From sequence record PZ476263.1: DNA of 64,000 nt. One strand, written 5' to 3'. A program made the position numbers and the translations under genes. The stretch is from a phage. The notes under the pieces were generated by a model. It did not search any database. It was given only the letters and a program-made list of their open reading frames with translations, and had not been told where the DNA came from. Positions 11,101 through 18,692 of this stretch are shown here, piece after piece (within the stretch, counting starts at the first letter, position 1; each line of letters starts with the position of its first letter).

Positions 11101-11403
11101 AAAGAAAATACAACCAGTTCTTCTACCTACATCCCTGACGGAACTACAAGCGTTTATAACGTTAACGTAGTAAACGATGTGGAAGTAAGAGCACCGTTGA
11201 ATTTGCTTACAAGTGCTAAAGGAGAATCAATTTTCCTGTTCTTCGAACAAGACTCCATCGGAGGTCATGCTGTAACCTTCGGTTCTGATTTTGTTATTCA
11301 TGGAAGTGAAACCATCAACACGGATCCTAGTTCAATAACTGTGGTAAACATGGTTTATCGTGGTAAAGGTCCTTTGATTGACGTTTTCATCACCCGTCGC
11401 TAA
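8170..11403 (+). CDS. large tail fibre protein with internal repeats
   Basis: 1077 aa, GTG start after AAGAGGAG; recurring motif G(K/Q/R/E)DI(A/L/S)P(R/N/A)SV about every 70-90 aa; Ser/Thr/Gly/Val-rich beta-like composition. Confidence 0.75.
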   Translation: MSSNTDILALLNTEADQAVDQIIEDSRRLHLVVNGTGTEQVVTEDGSLIPTIRKAIIDNFYFKTPPLPWRNGGSVVEFNQLYAFTDLNGNVSWWYAPGATSASPVVMRDSPINDGKFRPFFDKGNIQDTYAPLLSPAFRGNPTVPLPPEGDSSFTIAPTAWVSREIEKVRGEIVEESRGEFQNIIVRDDASLKDLYVSGEAIFTSERIAALDSELSLKRLRMAGPQAEMAFEQNGSSPAAGLTKKTNIKPYEITTGRFISNTVQADEIKVGDTSRSVNSLDVEGYMQADYLHLEGNANNDAERPQLIVDGIAEIKTLRVIDTIEGLKADVEGLDINPNSVVVERTSRVKGAATFDSTVNVSGTTTLNNVVIEGTLTGAGIGVDGKDIAPRSVNATSVTVAQNLNVTGETFAAGDMTVNNLRVNGALIADIDIEGSDLNFTNINVSEKATIKDLEVTGTVTGFTVSVDGEDISPATVTTSGNVTVGNNLRVSGDLTVDGELAIPALDTGEITAGDISGNSLTLDGDLTTGPESTTRLHNLVVTGTTTGLTVTANVDGQDILPSSVATGNLDASGEVSAASLSVTGATQVKDLNITGTVTGLQIDLSDEAVSVDSITARRTSNFADISTTNITNAEKITTQDLQILGDLTDADGNPFYANVTGQDILPNSVQSATSVRTKTLRVEETSLLEGTVTLNNGLIVTDGDITSTQGIAKFNDVQIFGSLTDANGNGIGTVESIQGRDIAPRSVVAQVDVQAAALEITGQAHVGSLIVDGETTTSSINISGIATANEVIVDTVRSGQITSGNVVITRTVGSSDPALEVRGPGQIQGDLSVTGTISGNIDLSAKDISVNSLTSAGAITGISVSSSTSVTGLSATFGEDYPEAPAYGITSLSGANINKNLRVGGNLTVVGNISGNIDLSGKTISPQEVDATTIGATNANLTNLTVTGNLTLPSVPLTSQSLTAEGLVSAAKFSTTPKENTTSSSTYIPDGTTSVYNVNVVNDVEVRAPLNLLTSAKGESIFLFFEQDSIGGHAVTFGSDFVIHGSETINTDPSSITVVNMVYRGKGPLIDVFITRR

Positions 11404-11407
11404 TAAA

Positions 11408-11430
11408 GGCCCTTCGGGGCCTTTTCTTTT
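11408..11430 (+). terminator. rho-independent terminator
   Basis: GGCCC-ttcg-GGGCC hairpin followed by TTTTCTTTT. Confidence 0.75.
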
Positions 11431-11441
11431 AAGGAGATAAC

Positions 11442-12674
11442 ATGATCCCTTTTCCAATTATAAACTTCGGTGCAGGACCTGTAATTCCGGCTGGGGTGAA
11501 AATTAAAAATATTCTTAATAATGTTTCTGGCGGAATCTATCTTTTGCTAACAAATGGTGATCTCTATGTTGTTGGTAATCAGGGCGGAAACGGTCTAGGA
11601 AAGAACGGAACAGCAAATATATTACCTTCTGGGTGGACCCTTACAAACACAGGTGTTGAGGAAGTCTATCCTGCAAGTATTACATATGGTTCTGGTGTGT
11701 GGGTTAAGAAGAATAATAATCTTTATGAGTATACGTCATCTTCAGTATTCCCTGCCGTAGCTACTGAACTAAATAACTCCTGGAACGTATTGCCTGCATC
11801 TTATTACACAATAGGAGGGGTTAATATACTGTCCTCCGCTGTCCAGATAACTAAAAACTACGCTATTCAACCTGACGGCACAGTTTACCAATTCAAAGCC
11901 ACAGGTCCTGAAGTGGCATGGCCCGAGAAGACTAAATACATTTTCGAAAATACCTTTAACCAAGTAAGGGTTGATGTTGACGGAAGTTTAAGATACAACG
12001 GTCCCAACGGGTACGACAGGATAGATGGCACTGTTTCTGGGGCAACTACCACATTGACTTGGAAAACAATAGGCGATTCCACAGTAAGATACGTGAAGGC
12101 AAAATGTTCGAGAGGTCAAATAAGAGATCCTTCCGGCGGGACTGGTGCGGTCCCTATAGTTGCTGTCTTTGCTCAAAGAGAAGATGGAGTTTGGGAAGGA
12201 TGCGGATCTACAGGTAGAGCAGGTTCCTCGCTTGGCAATTTACAAGGACCTACCTTGGGTGTAATGACCGACGTACCTGTGGGTAGTGACCTCTATACAG
12301 GTCAGGTATCCAGTTACAGAGAGGCGAGCTTAGGTGTGAGGACTGCCCTTCAAACATATATTGTAGATAGGGTTACCAATACGTACCTTTCCTCTGGCGG
12401 ACAAGGTGGTGAAACATACTCCCTGTACAGAAACTTACCTATCGCCACAAACTCTACCACTTATGCATCTATGGATCAACAGATAATTGATGATGGTGGT
12501 GTTCTGACGATTGCGGAAGGATTTGGAGATACCTTTGGACTACTTGCTACAAATAATGGGAGTCTTTATTGGGTTGGTAAGGGTTACAGTGGTACTAACT
12601 GGCCTTCTGACTTTAATAACACCTCTACTTATTTAAGTAAGTTCAATCTTGAAGGGATAGTGATTCCTGAATAA
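11442..12674 (+). CDS. putative distal tail fibre/receptor-binding protein
   Basis: 410 aa, Gly/Thr/Ser/Tyr-rich, last gene of structural operon before bidirectional terminator. Confidence 0.5.
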   Translation: MIPFPIINFGAGPVIPAGVKIKNILNNVSGGIYLLLTNGDLYVVGNQGGNGLGKNGTANILPSGWTLTNTGVEEVYPASITYGSGVWVKKNNNLYEYTSSSVFPAVATELNNSWNVLPASYYTIGGVNILSSAVQITKNYAIQPDGTVYQFKATGPEVAWPEKTKYIFENTFNQVRVDVDGSLRYNGPNGYDRIDGTVSGATTTLTWKTIGDSTVRYVKAKCSRGQIRDPSGGTGAVPIVAVFAQREDGVWEGCGSTGRAGSSLGNLQGPTLGVMTDVPVGSDLYTGQVSSYREASLGVRTALQTYIVDRVTNTYLSSGGQGGETYSLYRNLPIATNSTTYASMDQQIIDDGGVLTIAEGFGDTFGLLATNNGSLYWVGKGYSGTNWPSDFNNTSTYLSKFNLEGIVIPE

Positions 12675-12709
12675 TAAAAAAGGCTCCCAAAAGGGAGCCT
12701 TTATTTTTA
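12675..12709. terminator. bidirectional rho-independent terminator
   Basis: AGGCTCCC-aaaa-GGGAGCCT hairpin flanked by A-run and T-run; sits between convergent + and - blocks. Confidence 0.8.
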
Positions 12710-12719
12710 TCCTTGAATA

Positions 12720-13877
12720 TTAGAATGGAATTTCATCATCGAAATCCATCATTCCGTCTGCAACCGACATATCGATGTGACCATCTGAAATCGTAGATTG
12801 AGGAGCATCTTCTTCACTAGGCTTCAGATCCTGCTGTTTTACAGGATCCTCTACCTTGCCACCATTTCGAATCTTATCTTCCAGAGAATTAATGAATCGG
12901 AATGTTTCTTCTGTTTTCTGAATAAATGCATCAATACTTTCATTTCCCCAACGAGCAGAAAGAATACCGGACTGACCTAAACGTGCACCAAATGCATAAT
13001 CATCTAAAGATTTAAATTCATCACGTAGCTTGGCTTTAACAGAATCCATAGCTTGAAGGATCTGTTCTACGATAACACCTTTTTCCAAAACTGATTGTTC
13101 AGGGAACATAGCTTCAGAAATTGAAAGGGCATTTCCGAGGCGAATAGGTAGATCATCTTTCTTACTGCCGCCGGACTTATTGCCTGTTGAGCCGCCTGAA
13201 TTTTTAGGACCATACGCTTTAAAGTTAGTTACTTTACCTTCACCATCCCGCAGACCTGCAATTCGACCATCTTTAGCAATTTGAGCCAACTGATCATTAG
13301 AAAGAACGACAAAAACTTCTTCACCACTTTCCACTTTCACAACCACACGATTCCCATCTACCGATGTAATATCACCATAGATTTTAGTTGCCGTTGCAGA
13401 AGACGTTTGCTGGCCTTGCTGTGCTGACTGTTGGCGAGCCTCTCGTGCACCGGAAGCGTCCGTAACCTTAATCTTAGATTTCTTACCTTCAATTGATTCA
13501 CCTTGCTCACCATTAGCACGAGTAAAGACTTTCTTTGAAACAGGTAGACGAATCTTCATACCCTCTTTCAGATCAACGTAGCCACCTTCAGGATTCTTAA
13601 TCTGGAACTGATTTTCATACTTCAGATTCTTAACTTCACCTTCACCAAAAGAAATCCAAGCCTGATCTTCACCTTCTTTCAACAGAACAGAATATCGATG
13701 AGTATTGTTAATGCTCTTTTGTTGGCCTGTGCTCTTATCCTTGAATGTCGTAACTCGTGGACTGCCGTCTTCATTAATACGTTTGATAACGATTCGCTCA
13801 ATAGTACCCGCAGCGATAGAAACAGTAACATCGTTAACAGCATCGTATACAGAATTAATAACTTTAACTTCAGACAT
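12720..13877 (-). CDS. putative ssDNA-binding protein with SSB-type acidic C-terminal tail
   Basis: 385 aa; C-terminus ...MDFDDEIPF matches bacterial SSB tail (DFDDDIPF); Gly/Ser/Gln-rich linker; body not recognisably a canonical OB fold. Confidence 0.55.
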   Translation of the reverse strand: MSEVKVINSVYDAVNDVTVSIAAGTIERIVIKRINEDGSPRVTTFKDKSTGQQKSINNTHRYSVLLKEGEDQAWISFGEGEVKNLKYENQFQIKNPEGGYVDLKEGMKIRLPVSKKVFTRANGEQGESIEGKKSKIKVTDASGAREARQQSAQQGQQTSSATATKIYGDITSVDGNRVVVKVESGEEVFVVLSNDQLAQIAKDGRIAGLRDGEGKVTNFKAYGPKNSGGSTGNKSGGSKKDDLPIRLGNALSISEAMFPEQSVLEKGVIVEQILQAMDSVKAKLRDEFKSLDDYAFGARLGQSGILSARWGNESIDAFIQKTEETFRFINSLEDKIRNGGKVEDPVKQQDLKPSEEDAPQSTISDGHIDMSVADGMMDFDDEIPF

Positions 13878-13955
13878 TCAAACTCTCCTTTATTGATTAC
13901 CCTTTCGGGAACAGAAACTATATTACTACTTCAAAACTTCAATTGCAACTACTTT

Positions 13956-14342
13956 TTACAAATAAACACGTTTAGTTTTAGAATCCACACCCTCAAAAAG
14001 TTCATTGATAATGTTTAAATCTTTGATAAAGCGAACAGTAAAGTCCTCATCTTTCAATGCTCGTAAACGGTCACGTTTTACAATCTTAGGTTCACCGTCA
14101 TCATAATTCAAAACATCAGTTAGATCAAAGAGAGTGATCGTAATTTTTGCGTAAGTTTCCTTATCTATTTTTTGGTTCTTGTCAATCCCATAGACTGACG
14201 CAATTTCAAGTTCGTCTGTATCTTTACTGTATACAATGTTGGTATTCATTGCATACTCTACATCAGTCCATTTTGTGATATTACGAGTTGCAGATTTAAT
14301 TTTCCAACTATCGTCTAATTCGTATTTATCAAAAACGCTCAT
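13956..14342 (-). CDS. hypothetical protein
   Basis: 128-aa ORF in - strand block. Confidence 0.5.
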   Translation of the reverse strand: MSVFDKYELDDSWKIKSATRNITKWTDVEYAMNTNIVYSKDTDELEIASVYGIDKNQKIDKETYAKITITLFDLTDVLNYDDGEPKIVKRDRLRALKDEDFTVRFIKDLNIINELFEGVDSKTKRVYL

Positions 14343-14398
14343 CTTTATCTCCTTCGTTTAGGTTGAGGTAATCATCTTACCCCAACCTTTATTACCTG

Positions 14399-14842
14399 TC
14401 AATACTCTGCGCGAGGTTTAACTACACCAGCTTTAGAAATTGGAAGCTCATCTGCATCTTTACCACGAAGACTATTGATCCATTCCCGTTCTGTCATGAC
14501 ATATTCGTGGTTGTCCTCTTTTGCTAGGCGAACATAAATTTCATAAGCTGACTCTCCGACGGGTCCCATATTACCTCGATCACCTTGTGGACCAGATAAA
14601 ATCTTTTCTACCTGTGCTTTTTCAACGACAGGTTTTGATTTGTATAGCGACCAAATCAGCAGGCCAGTCCAAATAGCCAGACCCGCAAAAGGGTAAATCG
14701 ACAATACAAGTCCCAACAAAGAAAGGATTAAAATAATGTGTTTGTTAAGATGGTCCCGCTTATAAGCGATAACTACAGGAACAAACCAGATCGCCAATAC
14801 AATTAAAGACAGAAAAAGAAAAATTACTATTGCAACATCCAT
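14399..14842 (-). CDS. membrane protein with collagen-like G-X-Y stretch
   Basis: 147 aa; three predicted TM helices then GPQGDRGNMGPVGES (five G-X-Y triplets). Confidence 0.5.
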   Translation of the reverse strand: MDVAIVIFLFLSLIVLAIWFVPVVIAYKRDHLNKHIILILSLLGLVLSIYPFAGLAIWTGLLIWSLYKSKPVVEKAQVEKILSGPQGDRGNMGPVGESAYEIYVRLAKEDNHEYVMTEREWINSLRGKDADELPISKAGVVKPRAEY

Positions 14843-14857
14843 AATGACCTCCTCAGA

Positions 14858-15061
14858 TTAATCGCTTAAAGTAACAGTATCGAAAAACACATCCCGCATC
14901 CACTCTTCAGCGGGACGAATGTAATAACCAGTTTTACCTAGAGATTGGTAATATTTTAAAATCTCTTTGGCAATATCTTTAGTCAAACCTGCCGCTACAA
15001 TACAGCCACCAGGTCCAGAGACTACATGTGTTTTGTATTTATCATTTTTGTTTTTGCTCAT
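14858..15061 (-). CDS. hypothetical protein
   Basis: 67-aa ORF. Confidence 0.4.
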   Translation of the reverse strand: MSKNKNDKYKTHVVSGPGGCIVAAGLTKDIAKEILKYYQSLGKTGYYIRPAEEWMRDVFFDTVTLSD

Positions 15062-15350
15062 TATTCTCTCCCTCTAATTTTTGTTTAAGTTTTTCTGCAT
15101 CCCAACTGTATGAGCTTGGAAGCCCCATTTTAACGTCACTATCTGTAAATGTACATAAAACACCTTTTGCGTCCTGACCCCGTTTAATTATAGAACTATT
15201 ATTATAGTTCGGTTGACTTTTACAAAATTTGTGCAGACTAATAATTTCACTTGGGGTTAAGGATGGTAATTTAGAATAAGAATCTGGTTTTTCATCTTTT
15301 AAATCACAACCTGCAAGAAGAAAAATAAAAGCAACGATTAATTTTTTCAA
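15042..15350 (-). CDS. putative lipoprotein
   Basis: 102 aa; signal peptide with lipobox MKKLIVAFIFLLAGC. Confidence 0.55.
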   Translation of the reverse strand: MKKLIVAFIFLLAGCDLKDEKPDSYSKLPSLTPSEIISLHKFCKSQPNYNNSSIIKRGQDAKGVLCTFTDSDVKMGLPSSYSWDAEKLKQKLEGENNEQKQK

Positions 15351-15497
15351 TTCACGATCCTCCCCAATACTTAAACAATTCTACACATGCGATTGTTGAC
15401 AGTATGAACCATATGGCACTTACAACATTTACATACAGGAATCTACAACCTGCCATAGAAACCATTATAAAGAGGCAGACAAAAGTTTTATAATCAA

Positions 15498-15902
15498 TCA
15501 TTTCTTACTCTCCTTTTTTGATTTTTCGTCTGCATCTACCTGATCTTCCGCCAGACTAATTATCTGATAAACTGTTTCAGGGTTTTGAAGAAACTCTGTA
15601 TATTTCTTGATCCGAACTACGAGTTTTGAACGAACTTTTCTTTCTCTTTCTACTTGCTTGAAGTAATGACCCTTCTGAGTATAAGTCCACGCATAGTAAA
15701 CTGTTTTTGCACGATGGCGGGTTGATTTTAATTTCTCCGCCAGCTCCGTATACGGGTCATTATCTGTGGGACCAAAAAGAAAAATTTGTGCAAAATTCTC
15801 TTTCATAATTTGAGATTCTTCAGGTGTCAGTCGTGGACACTCTTCGGAACCGTACTTAGGACCTTTTACCATTGGTTTTTTAGGATAAACTTTACTATTC
15901 AT
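15498..15902 (-). CDS. hypothetical protein
   Basis: 134-aa basic ORF. Confidence 0.5.
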   Translation of the reverse strand: MNSKVYPKKPMVKGPKYGSEECPRLTPEESQIMKENFAQIFLFGPTDNDPYTELAEKLKSTRHRAKTVYYAWTYTQKGHYFKQVERERKVRSKLVVRIKKYTEFLQNPETVYQIISLAEDQVDADEKSKKESKK

Positions 15903-15977
15903 ATTAATACCTCACTCCCGTTATGTTACTTTTACTCCGATGTAAGAGGGGTATTATAACCCCTCTCGATTTATTTA

Positions 15978-16607
15978 TCAATCACAACTTGAAGAACTTG
16001 AACCGCTATCATAAGAGCTACTGTCATAAGAGCTGGATGAACTCTCATAAGATGATGAAGAAGAACTTGAAGAACAAGATCGACTAGGTTCATCGCTCGC
16101 CATAACAGCGGCATACGTTCCAATACCTCCTAAAACACCTGCTGTTAATGGTACGTCATTGTTGCTGTTGACTTGAGTTGTTCCAGATCGAGATGTCGAA
16201 TTATGGGCCTCTTTAATAAATTTACGTTTAGCCTTTGGCGGCAGTTTCTTACCTTGTGCATAAACAGGAAGGTCAACTTCTTTCAATTTCTCATCTAAAG
16301 GTTTAGCCTTTTTAGGTGGAACTTTTTCAAGCTTAGAAACTTTAACAGTTTTCTTGTCGATGTTAACTCCAACGACGACTTCATTTTCTTCCAGATCGGT
16401 TTCAAATTTTTGAATCTTCGGCTTAGTGAAACGAACACTTTCAGACTTAACATTTAAACCAACAGCTTCAACATATTCTTTTACCTTTTGGGGAGCCTGA
16501 ACATTGTTCACATACTTCCGAGAATTAATATACTCATCAACTTTTGAAGTTTCGATCTTGACAGGTACAAAAATAGATTTCACCCAAGAAAATAATTTTT
16601 TAAACAT
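15978..16607 (-). CDS. hypothetical protein with Ser-rich low-complexity C-terminus
   Basis: 209 aa; Lys-rich body; C-terminal SSSSSSSSYESSSSSYDSSSYDSGSSSSSCD. Confidence 0.5.
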   Translation of the reverse strand: MFKKLFSWVKSIFVPVKIETSKVDEYINSRKYVNNVQAPQKVKEYVEAVGLNVKSESVRFTKPKIQKFETDLEENEVVVGVNIDKKTVKVSKLEKVPPKKAKPLDEKLKEVDLPVYAQGKKLPPKAKRKFIKEAHNSTSRSGTTQVNSNNDVPLTAGVLGGIGTYAAVMASDEPSRSCSSSSSSSSYESSSSSYDSSSYDSGSSSSSCD

Positions 16608-16674
16608 AACTTCCTCCTTTCAATTTTTAATTCGAGGCTATTGTAATTCAATAGCCTTTGCTTGTCAATAAAAT

Positions 16675-16977
16675 TTAAATACCTTCTTCATCTTTTGGTC
16701 GACATTTCTTTTCCATAGCTTTTAGATTCTTATCAGTTTCTTCTGCGAGATCACGAAGTTTTTTAGCAAGAGGTTCACCAACAACGAACCATTTCTTTAC
16801 CGCAATCTTTGTCAACTTCGATAACCAATCGGCGAAATCTTCCATACGCCAAGCTACCCAACTGATAATCGCTGCAAAAATGTTTACAAACATCAACATA
16901 AATCGATGTGGGTTAATAATGCAAAGAATAACGATAAGGGAAAACATTTTTACAAAGTTAAATACAATTTTACTCAT
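16675..16977 (-). CDS. small membrane protein
   Basis: 100 aa, two hydrophobic helices. Confidence 0.45.
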   Translation of the reverse strand: MSKIVFNFVKMFSLIVILCIINPHRFMLMFVNIFAAIISWVAWRMEDFADWLSKLTKIAVKKWFVVGEPLAKKLRDLAEETDKNLKAMEKKCRPKDEEGI

Positions 16978-17381
16978 TTATTAATAGTCTCCTTAACAGT
17001 GTTTTGAATATTCTCATCCCATATTTCAAGGTCAAAGAATTCTAAAGGGCAATCGCCAATATCGTATGAGTTTGCAGTGCAAGGTGAAACCCAATAGCCT
17101 TCAGCAACTATTGATTGTACGCCTTCTGAACTAACAACATACTCAGTTATATAGGGAACCAAGATCGGTTCTACATCACCACAACCACATCCACAACAAA
17201 AATATTGACCATTTTTCAACTCATAGAGTTTATGTGGTGGTTTGATTATCACCTCTGCTAAAGGATATTCAGAGATGATTGCATCATTATACTGTTGGCC
17301 TCGGAACTTTGCAATAAATTTTAAAAAGTTTTGCGTATGTTTTTCTTGAGCTTCGTATTTACGTAAATTATCAATATTCAT
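16974..17381 (-). CDS. hypothetical protein
   Basis: 135 aa, Cys cluster CCGCGCGD. Confidence 0.45.
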   Translation of the reverse strand: MNIDNLRKYEAQEKHTQNFLKFIAKFRGQQYNDAIISEYPLAEVIIKPPHKLYELKNGQYFCCGCGCGDVEPILVPYITEYVVSSEGVQSIVAEGYWVSPCTANSYDIGDCPLEFFDLEIWDENIQNTVKETINK

Positions 17382-17614
17382 TTTTCTTCCTCTTTCCCTC
17401 CAAAGATACTAAAAGCTTTACTGTAGTCAATATGACCATCCACATAATGCTGTTCTTTCAACAGGCATTTCTTGCAAATACGGGATACTCTTGTCATATT
17501 GTCGGGATCATCTATGTACCGTCCTCTTATCGTGGTGTGCATATTTTCTGTTATGACCCACTCATGATTGCAAATAGTTTGAGGGTGTTCTTTTTTCTTT
17601 TTAAAAGGCCACAT
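17378..17614 (-). CDS. small zinc-ribbon-like protein
   Basis: Likely starts at MWPFKKKK (track ORF extends to 17683); C-x-H...CKKC pattern. Confidence 0.4.
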   Translation of the reverse strand: MWPFKKKKEHPQTICNHEWVITENMHTTIRGRYIDDPDNMTRVSRICKKCLLKEQHYVDGHIDYSKAFSIFGGKEEEK

Positions 17615-17615
17615 G

Positions 17616-17813
17616 TTATTTTCCTTTCTTTGTAATGATGAGTTTAAATTTACCATACACTGAATCAGAAAACAAGACATCAACTAAAGAATTATCGTCC
17701 GCTTTAACTTTAAGAAAGTTGCGATTGCCACATTGATTAATGACTTCATACTCCTTACCTTCACTAAAAAGACCCCAACCCTTAAAATTACTTTTCTCAC
17801 AGAGTAGCTTCAT
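17616..17813 (-). CDS. hypothetical protein
   Basis: 65-aa ORF. Confidence 0.4.
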   Translation of the reverse strand: MKLLCEKSNFKGWGLFSEGKEYEVINQCGNRNFLKVKADDNSLVDVLFSDSVYGKFKLIITKKGK

Positions 17814-17888
17814 ATTTTATCCCCTTCTCGTCATTTGATGTAGAGATTATAGTTCATAAAGTATGGACCTGTCAACATATTTATATAA

Positions 17889-17912
17889 ATAAAAAGGCCA
17901 CCCGAAGGTGAC
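17889..17912 (-). terminator. rho-independent terminator (- strand)
   Basis: GC hairpin AGGCCACCC-gaa-GGTGACCT with T-run on - strand. Confidence 0.6.
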
Positions 17913-17921
17913 CTTAATAAA

Positions 17922-18332
17922 TTAATCTTCCAGTGCTGCCAGTGCTGCCAGTTCCGCACGAAGTTCTTCTGGCGTTTTGTTCTTCAGTTCACGAAGTTCT
18001 GCATCTGCAAGCTGATCAATCAGGATCTGACGTTTACGCTTGATTTCTGCACGTTTTGCTGCTTCATCTTCTTCAGCTTTACGGATTTTAATTACCTCTT
18101 TAACAACGGCAAGAGCGAGATCCAGTTTCTTATCTTCTTGAGGTTTATCGTCCACAAAAGAAACTCCACCGAGGCTTTTAATTTCATCATCCAGGTCAAC
18201 AGCAATTCGGTTCAAAGAAAGTTCTGGACCACGAAGATGCAGTGTAAACAGGTCTTCAGTTGTGATATTGCCACGTACAGTTTTAAAACGCAGGTGCTGA
18301 CGAATAGCCTGTTCAAATACATTGTTACTCAT
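17922..18332 (-). CDS. hypothetical protein (coiled-coil)
   Basis: 136-aa ORF, charged helical C-terminus. Confidence 0.5.
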   Translation of the reverse strand: MSNNVFEQAIRQHLRFKTVRGNITTEDLFTLHLRGPELSLNRIAVDLDDEIKSLGGVSFVDDKPQEDKKLDLALAVVKEVIKIRKAEEDEAAKRAEIKRKRQILIDQLADAELRELKNKTPEELRAELAALAALED

Positions 18333-18358
18333 GATAATCTCCTCTGTTATTTATTAAA

Positions 18359-18634
18359 TTATTCTTTTTCGAAAGGGCCGCCAAGGGACACTTTAAGATC
18401 AAAAGATTTTGATAAAATAAAATCAGCGTCCTCATTAAAGAAGTCAAACTGAATAAAACATTCGTTTAGGCTCACACAAACCCCAACCGATTTTACACCG
18501 TTGACATCTTTCATCAGATATTCATATTCAGGTAATAATTTTACATCATAAAAATAAAAGACTCCAGAATCAATTTCGTCCCAACCATCCCAAGATTTAA
18601 CAAATTTACCTTCAATACCTTTTAAGTCGCTCAT
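18359..18634 (-). CDS. hypothetical protein
   Basis: 91-aa ORF. Confidence 0.45.
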   Translation of the reverse strand: MSDLKGIEGKFVKSWDGWDEIDSGVFYFYDVKLLPEYEYLMKDVNGVKSVGVCVSLNECFIQFDFFNEDADFILSKSFDLKVSLGGPFEKE

Positions 18635-18692
18635 TCTAATCTCCTCTCGTTGTTGATGTGATGATTATAGGCTTCCTTGCCCAATGTGTCAA

